From Salaquimonas sp. (GTDB lineage: Bacteria; Pseudomonadota; Alphaproteobacteria; Rhizobiales; Rhizobiaceae), in assembly GCA_028289365.1 (NCBI GenBank), contig JANQQM010000038.1:51115-115114 (forward strand): 64,000 nucleotides of DNA, written 5' to 3'. Of the stretch, positions 16,519-24,752 are shown piece after piece (the first letter of the stretch is position 1; every line of letters begins with the position of its first letter). Made by a program: the position numbers and the translations under genes. The notes beneath the pieces were generated by a model. The model saw only the letters and a program-made list of their open reading frames with translations. It was not told the origin of the DNA and searched no databases.

Positions 16519-17262
16519 ATGCCGATCAGGATGATCCTGATCGGGGTGGCGACAATTGTTCTGCATGCCTGCAGCGCAAGTACTTCGAGCGTGACAAGCT
16601 ATGCGCCGGAAAACGGAGAAAGTTCGCTGAACGTTGCAGCCCAATATGAGGATCTGCAACTCGTACCGAAATTGCCACCTCCGAACAACACCAATCAGGG
16701 TGCCGACGAATTGATTGCCGTCAATGACCTGCTTGAGATCGACGTTTTCCAGGTCGATGACCTTGATCGAACCGTTCGTGTCGATCCCAAAGGCAATATC
16801 TCCATGTCGCTGATCGGGCGGGTGGCCGCTGCCGGAAAAACGATACCGGATCTGGAAAGCGAGATTGAACGTCTTTACGGAGTCAATTATCTCCAGAAGC
16901 CCGAAGTTACTGTATTCATGAAGGAATCCTCGGGCAATCGGATTACCATCGACGGCGAAGTACGCAAGCCCGGTATATATCCGACCTCCAGCACATCGAC
17001 CCTGCTCGAGATCATCGCGGTTGCTGGCGGTTTCACCAAACTGGCGGATGATAGAAAGCTTTATGTCTATCGTGCATTCGGAGACAAAAAGCTGGTCGCC
17101 AACTATGATGTGAAGCAAATCCGGGCAGGAAAAGCCCGCGATCCGCGGATATTCGGCGGAGATGTCATTGTGTCCTTTACCTCGGATGCAAAAGTAGCGG
17201 CACAAAATCTGAAGGAAGCGCTTGGCATCGCAGGTAGAGCAGCATTTATTGGTACTCTGTAG
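16519..17262 (+). CDS. Outer-membrane polysaccharide export protein (Wza/ExoF/GumB-like OPX lipoprotein)
   Basis: The lipobox-like start is MPIRMILIGVATIVLHAC. The Poly_export motif region is DLLEIDVFQVDDLDRTVRVDPKGNISMSLIGRVAAAGKT. The SLBB-like part is ITIDGEVRKPGIYP. The ORF track begins at 16477. Confidence 0.85.
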   Translation: MPIRMILIGVATIVLHACSASTSSVTSYAPENGESSLNVAAQYEDLQLVPKLPPPNNTNQGADELIAVNDLLEIDVFQVDDLDRTVRVDPKGNISMSLIGRVAAAGKTIPDLESEIERLYGVNYLQKPEVTVFMKESSGNRITIDGEVRKPGIYPTSSTSTLLEIIAVAGGFTKLADDRKLYVYRAFGDKKLVANYDVKQIRAGKARDPRIFGGDVIVSFTSDAKVAAQNLKEALGIAGRAAFIGTL

Positions 17263-17538
17263 ATCATCGCCTGCCGGCGCTGTTGGTAAACTTGTGGTTT
17301 TGATGTTACAGGCTTGGTTAGCCTGGTTGTATCAAGCAGGAATGCTACCAAAATTGCGCGTAAAGCGATAGCAATTATCGCTAAAATCCAGTAGTGTGAA
17401 ATCGGTGAGACGCGGCCCTGACGGCTAGTTCGTTCTTGTATTGCGGGCCAAGAATCGCAGAAATTGCGGGGAATTTGTGCATTGAATTCGCTGGAACCAG
17501 GGATACCACGGCAAAATCTGCCTGCCGAGGCCGGTGGC

Positions 17539-19842
17539 ATGTATCAGCCCCCCTCGCCCTATATGCATTCCCAACCCTATCCTGGTTATGCTCCGCCAGA
17601 AGCGGAAGAAGAAAACGGTTTTGATCCGCTAAAACTGCTTTGGTTTGTGGTTCATTACCGGTGGCTAATCGCGGTTTGTCTTATCGTCGGCCTGATCAGC
17701 GGCGTGGTGCTGACCATGCTGCAGACACCGCTTTATCGTGCTGCTGCAAATCTTGAGATTGTGACAACAGGCGCCAAAGTTATCCAGGACCTTGAAGCCG
17801 TTGTGCAGACGAGCGACATGCGTACGTTCGAGAATGCACGCGTAAAGATGAAGAGCCGCGACCTGGCGCGCCGCGTGGTCTACGAGTTAAATCTGAGTGA
17901 AGACGAGACATTCCTTGCGCCTACCCCGACTTTCTCCCTGAGCAATCTGATAAACCGGGCGCTTGGAACCAGCCGGGAGGCAGACATAGAAGGGCTAACC
18001 CCGGAACAACGGGAAGCGCGGGCTGTCGGACTTGTCCAGGCAAATCTTGCCATCGCCCTTGTCCGAAACACATCGATCCTGAATATCAGCTTTAGCCACG
18101 CTTCGCCTGAGCATGCGGCCATGGTCGCAAATCAGGTAGCGCGGAGCTATATCGATCAAACGGTCGACAAAACCAGCGAAACCTCGGATCTAGCCAGGCA
18201 GTTCATCCAGGAGCAGGTGATTGAAACCAAGGCCAAATTACAGGAATCCGAAGCAGCACTTGTTGCTTATGCAAAAGAAGCCGGAATTACAGTTACCGGA
18301 AGCGACGCCTCCCTGATTTCGGAAAACATATCGAAGATCAATGCCGCCCTTGGCCAGGCAATTCAGGACCGTCTCGATGCGCAACGCGATGTCGAACAGG
18401 TGCGGGCAGGAAATGCCGGCTCGCTGCCTCAGGTATTCGAGAGCGAGTCCATCCAGACAACCAAACAGAAAATTGCCGAATTGAGAGCCACCTACCAGGA
18501 AAAGCTCAATACGCTGAAACCTGGTTTTCCCGAGATGATCAGGCTCAGTTCGCAAATAGGTGAGTTGCAAAAGCAGGTGGATGCAGAAGTCGCGTCTATC
18601 GCTCGTGCAGTGGAAATCAAGTTTGAACAATCCAAGGAAAAGGAAACAGCACTCAAGGAAGAATTGGCGCAGCTGGAAGCTGAACAAAGCACCTTTCAGG
18701 ACAAAAATATCCAATACACGATCCTGAAGCGCGAGGTCGATTCAAATCGCTCGCAATATGACACATTGATCAACAAGTTGAATGAAGTTGGTGTGGGGTC
18801 GGAGCTACGCTCAAGCAATGCCTCCATCGTAGATTTGGCAGTTATGCCGGGCAGGCCTTACACACCAAACATGAACAGAAACCTGATGCTTGCAATGGTT
18901 CTGTTTGCTGCTTTTGCGGCTGGCATTATCTACCTGCTTGAACTGATGAATAATACATTTGCTGTACCTGACCAGATCGAATCCGAGCTTAAACTCCCTG
19001 TCCTGGGCGTAATCCCGTTCGTAGATCAGGAAGAGCTCCATAATGCATTTTCCGACAATAAATCGTCTGTATCGGAAGCATATCGATCGCTTCGAACGTC
19101 GATCCAGTTCACTGGAACCGAAAATGCGATGCGGACGATATTGGTGACATCATCAGAACCGTCGGAAGGCAAGTCATCAACGGCCTACAAGCTGGCTTGC
19201 GACTTTGCAGCATTGGGAAAACGTGTTCTGATTGTCGATGCGGACTTGAGAAAACCGCGAATGCACCGGATTTTCAATATTTCCAACACGATGGGGCTTA
19301 GCAACCTGCTTTCAAATGTTGTTCGAAAAGGCGATGTCAGTTCACTATTCCAGGTCACATCTGTACCTAACGTAACGGTGCTATCTTCGGGGACAATTCC
19401 GCCTAACCCGGTCGACCTGCTCATGTCTTCGCGCATGGGTTTGACGCTTAGCTATTGTGCCAAACAATATGATCTGGTGATCGTCGATTCACCCCCTGTC
19501 ATGGGACTGTCGGACTCGCCAATTCTGAGTCGCCAAATGGATGCAACCTTGCTTGTTGTGGCAGCGAAACAGGTAACCCGCAAGGCTGCCAAAACAGCGC
19601 TTGCCAGATTAAATGCGGCGGGCGGGAATGTTGTAGGCGCTGCGTTTACCCGCTTCGCGGTCGATAAGCTCGACTACAATTACGCCTATCGTTATATGCA
19701 ATATAACTATTACAGCTATGACACCAATCCTGCACAGCTGGAGAACCATGCTACACAAAACGCAAATGCGCCCGCTCCAAACGTCAGGCGCACTGGTCCT
19801 GTTGCTGCTTTGTTTGATCGCTTCATGCCTGGTCCTTCTTGA
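17539..19842 (+). CDS. Polysaccharide co-polymerase PCP-2a with C-terminal tyrosine autokinase (Wzc/ExoP-like), copy 1
   Basis: ATG 17539 is preceded by GAGG. It has two TM segments flanking a long coiled-coil region. Kinase motifs are Walker A SEPSEGKSSTAYKLA, VLIVDADLRKP and DLVIVDSPPV. The Tyr cluster is DYNYAYRYMQYNYYSYD. Confidence 0.9.
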   Translation: MYQPPSPYMHSQPYPGYAPPEAEEENGFDPLKLLWFVVHYRWLIAVCLIVGLISGVVLTMLQTPLYRAAANLEIVTTGAKVIQDLEAVVQTSDMRTFENARVKMKSRDLARRVVYELNLSEDETFLAPTPTFSLSNLINRALGTSREADIEGLTPEQREARAVGLVQANLAIALVRNTSILNISFSHASPEHAAMVANQVARSYIDQTVDKTSETSDLARQFIQEQVIETKAKLQESEAALVAYAKEAGITVTGSDASLISENISKINAALGQAIQDRLDAQRDVEQVRAGNAGSLPQVFESESIQTTKQKIAELRATYQEKLNTLKPGFPEMIRLSSQIGELQKQVDAEVASIARAVEIKFEQSKEKETALKEELAQLEAEQSTFQDKNIQYTILKREVDSNRSQYDTLINKLNEVGVGSELRSSNASIVDLAVMPGRPYTPNMNRNLMLAMVLFAAFAAGIIYLLELMNNTFAVPDQIESELKLPVLGVIPFVDQEELHNAFSDNKSSVSEAYRSLRTSIQFTGTENAMRTILVTSSEPSEGKSSTAYKLACDFAALGKRVLIVDADLRKPRMHRIFNISNTMGLSNLLSNVVRKGDVSSLFQVTSVPNVTVLSSGTIPPNPVDLLMSSRMGLTLSYCAKQYDLVIVDSPPVMGLSDSPILSRQMDATLLVVAAKQVTRKAAKTALARLNAAGGNVVGAAFTRFAVDKLDYNYAYRYMQYNYYSYDTNPAQLENHATQNANAPAPNVRRTGPVAALFDRFMPGPS

Positions 19843-21040
19843 TGCTGTCAGCACGGCATTAATTCCAGACTCCAAAGAATCGGCATTGAAGATAAACCCG
19901 CTCAGTTCTCCGGCGAGAATTGCAACCATCGAAGCCGAACTTGATGATCTAAGGAATGGCAGAATTCTGCAGGACGACGAGTTACGGGAAATCATTCTCG
20001 ATGGAATTCGGCTTTCTCCGATTGATGCTCGGTATTACAGCGCGCTTGGAATTGTGGATGCAAGTTCCGGAGATCAGGATCAGGCAAAGCAACTCTTTGC
20101 CCACTCATTGGAATTACTACCGACCGAAATACAGGCCTTGACCCACCAGTTGGTTTATTCCGTACAGGAGGAGAGATTCACCGATGCTGTCGATCATCTG
20201 GAACTGATTGCAAGGCGATGGCCGAAATACTGGAGCGACATTGCCCCTGCCCTGCCGGTGTTGCTGGCAAATGAAGCAGCTTATCAAGATGTGACAACGC
20301 GCTTTTCGGCCGAACCCAATCTACGGCGCATGCTGGTGGATATTCTTTCCCGATCGCCGGAGACTCTGGGGCTGGCCATGAATGTATTGCTGGAGTGGGA
20401 TCATGCGGGAATATCCGGGATTTCGGGGGATTTGAACACAGTTACCCGGAGACTGGTGGGATCAGGTCGACCTTCTGAGGCCTTCCTCCTTTTCAACCTG
20501 ACCCGTGATCCGTCTGCACCAAATGGATATGTCTACAACGGAAATTTTGAAGTCGAACCAAGCGGAAATCCGTTTGACTGGTCGTGGCAATCGCAGGCGG
20601 GAGCGGATATCCGGATTGTCAACCGGAAGACGATCCGGGATGCTTCAACGACTGCCGAACCGGCATCCGAGACCGGTAAGGCGCTTTCGATCCGATTTCT
20701 CGACAATCCGGTGCGATTTGACAATGTCCGTCAACTGACACGACTGGTGGCAGGAAATTACACGCTTTCGGTAACCTATTCGGTCAGCAATCTGCGAACA
20801 CCGAAAGTCCTGAATCTCGGGATCCGGTGCAGAGGAAAGGGCGGGATTCTCGCAAGTGTTCAATTTGACACCGAGGTTGACGAACCAACAACGCTGGAGA
20901 CCAATTTTACAGTCCCGCCCATTGATTGCGACCTGCAGCAAATCACGATTTACAACAGGAACCTGACCGACAGCTGGAAGAACCGTTACAGTGGCACGCT
21001 CTTCCTGCATTCTGTGGCAATAACCCGTCCGGGAGTCTGA
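19748..21040 (+). CDS. Membrane-anchored protein of unknown function (N-terminal TM, TPR-like helical region, C-terminal beta-rich CBM-like region)
   Basis: Candidate starts are 19718, 19748 and 19766, all upstream of the TM helix ALVLLLLCLIASCLVLL and all inside the 3-prime end of the PCP gene. The C-terminal part has YVYNGNFEVEPSGNPFDWSW, a pattern seen in carbohydrate-binding-type beta sandwiches. Confidence 0.55.
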   Translation: MLHKTQMRPLQTSGALVLLLLCLIASCLVLLDAVSTALIPDSKESALKINPLSSPARIATIEAELDDLRNGRILQDDELREIILDGIRLSPIDARYYSALGIVDASSGDQDQAKQLFAHSLELLPTEIQALTHQLVYSVQEERFTDAVDHLELIARRWPKYWSDIAPALPVLLANEAAYQDVTTRFSAEPNLRRMLVDILSRSPETLGLAMNVLLEWDHAGISGISGDLNTVTRRLVGSGRPSEAFLLFNLTRDPSAPNGYVYNGNFEVEPSGNPFDWSWQSQAGADIRIVNRKTIRDASTTAEPASETGKALSIRFLDNPVRFDNVRQLTRLVAGNYTLSVTYSVSNLRTPKVLNLGIRCRGKGGILASVQFDTEVDEPTTLETNFTVPPIDCDLQQITIYNRNLTDSWKNRYSGTLFLHSVAITRPGV

Positions 21041-21088
21041 CCAATTCCAACGGAACACCGAAGCATTGCCTTTTACTATGCCGGCGCG

Positions 21089-22354
21089 GTGATCCTGGCC
21101 GCCATGATCCTGGGCGGCGGGACCAGCCAGTATATCTGGACAGACAACCTGTTGCAGATTTTGATGTTGCCATGCCTTTTCCTGGGCATAGTGAGCATCA
21201 GTTCCACCCGCCTTGAGTGGCCTTCGCAGCTTCTGGCAGTCGGCATATTGCTGTTGATATTCCTTCAGTTCTTGCCGGTGATACGGGAATCCCCCACTCC
21301 GGAATTATTACCCACAACATCCGGATGGGCTTTTTACTCGCTTTCTCCTTCAAACAGTCTGGAAGCCGGACTGTTTGGAATTTCGATCCTCGGTTTTGCG
21401 CTGTTTGTCTCCCGCTTGTCAGATCTTGCGCAGGAACGGTTGTTGCGATTCCTGTTCCTGGGGCTGTTCCTCAATGCGCTGATCGGCATCATTCAATTGT
21501 CCTTCGAACGCCGGGAGGTGATCACAGACCTCCTGCCCTTCAACATGAATGTCGGCGTATTTGCCAATGAGAACCATTATTCGACCCTGTTTTTCCTGAC
21601 CATCCCACTGCTGGCCTATCTTGCGCTGGTACGGTGGAAGAAGCCGTTGTCCTATCTGCTGTTTTCCAGCCTGCTTGTGTTTATCCTGTTTGCTGTAGGC
21701 TCCCGTGCCGGGATGTTCATTTCATCGGGTCTCGCAGTCTTCTGCTTTGTATGGTTCAGCCTCAATCTGTCTTCGCGAATTGCACGGTTGGGACTGATTG
21801 GCGCAGCGGCATTCGCCTTGATAATGATCGTTACTTTCTTCCCATTGGACGAAATTCTCGCCGGTGATTTGAGATCGGTAATCTTTGCAAACACCATGCG
21901 TGCCATCTCCGACAACTGGCTGGCCGGTACCGGGCTTGGAAGCTTTGTCTTGATCTACCCGTCCTATGAGGCCCGAGAGCAGGTCCTGCAGACCTATATC
22001 AATCATGCCCATAACGACTATATGGAGCTTGTTCTTGAAACCGGCATTTTCGGGATTGTGCTGATCGTCGGCTACTACGCTGTCATCTTGCGCAATTTCA
22101 TGCATTCGCGGCTGGCTGAAGCTGCGTTCATTTCAATCATGGCGGTCAGCCTGCATTCGCTTGTCGATTATCCTCTGCGGACGATGGCGATTGCGGTTCC
22201 CTTTGCCCTTCTCAGCGCCATTATCCTGTCCACCAAGCCGCACATTCTGGACCAGCGACGCGAGATGGAGCGGCAGGAAGCGCAAAGGCAATTCGAATCC
22301 GGCTCATCGGCAGAATATGGCACGCTCGAAGCGGAGCAATTTTTTGATCGCTGA
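21089..22354 (+). CDS. O-antigen ligase / Wzy-type polymerase family membrane protein
   Basis: About 10-12 TM helices. The periplasmic loop motif YINHAHNDYMELVLETGIFG is characteristic of the O-antigen-ligase (Wzy_C) domain. Confidence 0.8.
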   Translation: MILAAMILGGGTSQYIWTDNLLQILMLPCLFLGIVSISSTRLEWPSQLLAVGILLLIFLQFLPVIRESPTPELLPTTSGWAFYSLSPSNSLEAGLFGISILGFALFVSRLSDLAQERLLRFLFLGLFLNALIGIIQLSFERREVITDLLPFNMNVGVFANENHYSTLFFLTIPLLAYLALVRWKKPLSYLLFSSLLVFILFAVGSRAGMFISSGLAVFCFVWFSLNLSSRIARLGLIGAAAFALIMIVTFFPLDEILAGDLRSVIFANTMRAISDNWLAGTGLGSFVLIYPSYEAREQVLQTYINHAHNDYMELVLETGIFGIVLIVGYYAVILRNFMHSRLAEAAFISIMAVSLHSLVDYPLRTMAIAVPFALLSAIILSTKPHILDQRREMERQEAQRQFESGSSAEYGTLEAEQFFDR

Positions 22355-22365
22355 CGAAGATCCGT

Positions 22366-23475
22366 TTATTGCAGGCCCTTGATTGCAGCGAGGTTTCTGC
22401 TCAGGAATTGCCTGATCCGCATTGGCGAAAGAAGCCCGGACAAGAATTGGCGACGGGCGGCAGGACCGCTGGACAATCTTCCCCATATCCACGCAAAAAT
22501 GGAAGCCAGCATGGCTAATCGGTGCCGACCTGGTTCGGCTGTCAGATCAAGCGTCGTTTGTACCCAATTTTCTGCTTCAACGCTCGTTGAATCTATTGGA
22601 TTTTCTGCCTCAAGCACATTGCAAGACAATTCAATAAATGACTGAAAATATTGTGATAATTCTGCTTCATCAAATCTGGCGGACGCTTCCAGAATCCCGT
22701 CTTTCCCGAACTTCGCAAACATTCTTGCATAGTCCGCGACATCGCGAAGCAAGACCAGATTTGAGGAATACCGGCCGCTATCGATCTGCGCGTGGCTGAC
22801 AAGATGGCATATGCGATCGACGGGCGCCGGTGCCCTCAAAGCCGGATCAAGGCCGGATACGGCATTTTGAAATAGTTCCTGCGGCGGAAGAATTCCCAAG
22901 GCCGGACTGGCGGAGGCGGCAGTATGCAACTCGATCGCGGTAAGTTCACCGGCACGCCAAAGTGCCGGCGCATGCCGCATGGTGCGATCATAGGCAAGAT
23001 CATCATCGGTATAGCCATTGGATTTCAGGATATTTATTGCCTCATCAATCCGGTCTTCAGGCACCAGGACGTCCAGATCACTCAAGATGCGGTCTGCGGG
23101 ATCATCGTAGATTGGAGTAACAAATTCCGTGGCCCCCTTTAGTGCAATGGTCGGAATTCCATCACGCTGAAGCAGGTTTGAAGCTTCCGTCAATTGATCT
23201 GCGAGCCGTTTGTTGCGCTCCCGGTTCTGCTCACGCAGATGCCGGAAAAACCCCATGACTTCAGGATCAAGGCAATCTGCGATCTGACCGTGTTCAAATG
23301 CCCTGGGGATGAAATTGGCAATTGAGTGCGCCGTCGCCAGCCGAACCAGTTGCTGGGTATCGGCCTTGCGTAGCTCTTCTCGATCTTTGGTGTCGATCGA
23401 GTTTCCCAATGCGCTACGCATTAGAACAAGAAGGCATTTTACAGAATGGCGACGCATTTTCCGGCTTGATGTCAT
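22366..23475 (-). CDS. NTP_transf_5-type nucleotidyltransferase-fold protein, copy 1
   Basis: ATG at complement 23475 forms an ATGA overlap with the stop of the upstream kinase gene. The motif region is LLQRDGIPTIALKGATEFVTPIYDDPADRILSDLDVLVPEDRIDEAINILKSNGY. Confidence 0.75.
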   Translation of the reverse strand: MTSSRKMRRHSVKCLLVLMRSALGNSIDTKDREELRKADTQQLVRLATAHSIANFIPRAFEHGQIADCLDPEVMGFFRHLREQNRERNKRLADQLTEASNLLQRDGIPTIALKGATEFVTPIYDDPADRILSDLDVLVPEDRIDEAINILKSNGYTDDDLAYDRTMRHAPALWRAGELTAIELHTAASASPALGILPPQELFQNAVSGLDPALRAPAPVDRICHLVSHAQIDSGRYSSNLVLLRDVADYARMFAKFGKDGILEASARFDEAELSQYFQSFIELSCNVLEAENPIDSTSVEAENWVQTTLDLTAEPGRHRLAMLASIFAWIWGRLSSGPAARRQFLSGLLSPMRIRQFLSRNLAAIKGLQ

Positions 23476-24599
23476 GCCACCAATTCCTGCAGAACCGCTG
23501 CGGCATCTTCGCCGGTCCCGTACCTGAATGAAAATGCCGGAATGTTCTGACACAAGCCAACCATTGACCGGATGCTGTTATTGTGTCCGCAAGCCCGGCT
23601 GCCAGCTGCAGTCAGCCGGTGGAGGGCTTCAAGCTCATCGATTTGGGTCAAATTCGAGCCGTCAAATTCTGCTCGAAATTCCGGAAAGCAAAGATGGGTG
23701 GCTTTGTGCCAGCTCTGATCCGAATTAGCCTGCCAATAGCGAAAACCATATTCATCGGCATCCGGCAAAGGTGGATGTCCATTGTCTTTCAATTGCCGAT
23801 CCAGGATCTCGTGGCTACCCGATTTGATGCTGATATTTGCAGATAATCCAAACACGTAGCCGCCGCTCGACGATAGCGCAATCAGATCATCGCCCAGATA
23901 GGTTCCTCCCGTCATTACAAGTTGCGCCATTAATGTCGACTTGCCCGAACCGCTGGTACCGGAAAGAAGCAAGGTGCCCTGCCCCAGGCGGACCGCACTT
24001 GCGTGTAGTACAGCACCTACCTCACCGGGCCCCAAAGCGGTCTCCAGCAATGCCTGCAAAAACATGTGGCGACAGCCGGCAAAATCCTCACAGGACCAGT
24101 AGTGTTTGCCGTTCACCGCGACGAGAAAACTTCCATCGGTCGCAATCAGATCAACAACATCGGAAACTGCATCGTCCTCGTCATCCGTCAGAAGCGGTTC
24201 GAGGAGCCGGTGCAATACGGAACCGGCGGCCAAATCGTTACACCGAACAAAGACCGTGTTTTCGCCCAGTTTGATGCAATGGTTCCAGCAAAATTTGCCT
24301 TGCAGTCTTGCACCAGCCAGTAGCGTCACATGTTTGCCTGAGAACAGTCCGGCATCCGTCCAATGAGCCAGCATGGCATCAAAATCTGTTTCGACCCTGG
24401 CGCGATCCTGCTCCAACAACCGGGAAAGCCGTTCCACAGCTTGTGCCTTGTCGGCGGATTGCTGATAGGCAGCCAACATCAGCCGCGCGGTTTCGTTCAA
24501 AAGGACGATTGAACCATTTTCGGTCGAGTGGCCGATTGTATGACCACCAAAGGGCACCAGCTCTATGGCCTGTGCACTGGATTGCCGCTGATCAGACAT
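23472..24599 (-). CDS. PqqD/RRE-like domain fused to an HPr-kinase-C-like P-loop kinase (HprK-related kinase), copy 1
   Basis: The N-terminal SIVLLNETARLMLAAYQQ...DFDAMLAHWTDAGLF is PqqD-like. The C-terminal LHASAVRLGQGTLLLSGTSGSGKSTLMAQLVMTGGTYLGDDL is an HprK-type P-loop followed by an acidic motif. I chose ATG at complement 24599; a TTG at 24653 is also possible. Confidence 0.75.
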   Translation of the reverse strand: MSDQRQSSAQAIELVPFGGHTIGHSTENGSIVLLNETARLMLAAYQQSADKAQAVERLSRLLEQDRARVETDFDAMLAHWTDAGLFSGKHVTLLAGARLQGKFCWNHCIKLGENTVFVRCNDLAAGSVLHRLLEPLLTDDEDDAVSDVVDLIATDGSFLVAVNGKHYWSCEDFAGCRHMFLQALLETALGPGEVGAVLHASAVRLGQGTLLLSGTSGSGKSTLMAQLVMTGGTYLGDDLIALSSSGGYVFGLSANISIKSGSHEILDRQLKDNGHPPLPDADEYGFRYWQANSDQSWHKATHLCFPEFRAEFDGSNLTQIDELEALHRLTAAGSRACGHNNSIRSMVGLCQNIPAFSFRYGTGEDAAAVLQELVA

Positions 24600-24752
24600 T
24601 GCATCACCGAGTTTGGTAAGACTGGCCTCTAAAGACAAAGCCAATTCGGCCAAAACCGTTTATCAAACCGGTTGATCAGTCCCCTCAATTACGGGATTTG
24701 GCCCAGAATCGACCATAGGTTCGATATGGTTAATGAACTCTTTACAAACGTC

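Noticed and set aside
24663-24716. A 17-codon minus-strand mini-ORF (MVDSGPNPVIEGTDQPV) between PCP-2 and kinase 1, as a possible precursor peptide for triad copy 1
   Set aside because: It has no Shine-Dalgarno, no Cys/Ser/Thr-rich core and no similarity to the Cys-rich tail of copy 2. ORFs of this length are expected by chance.
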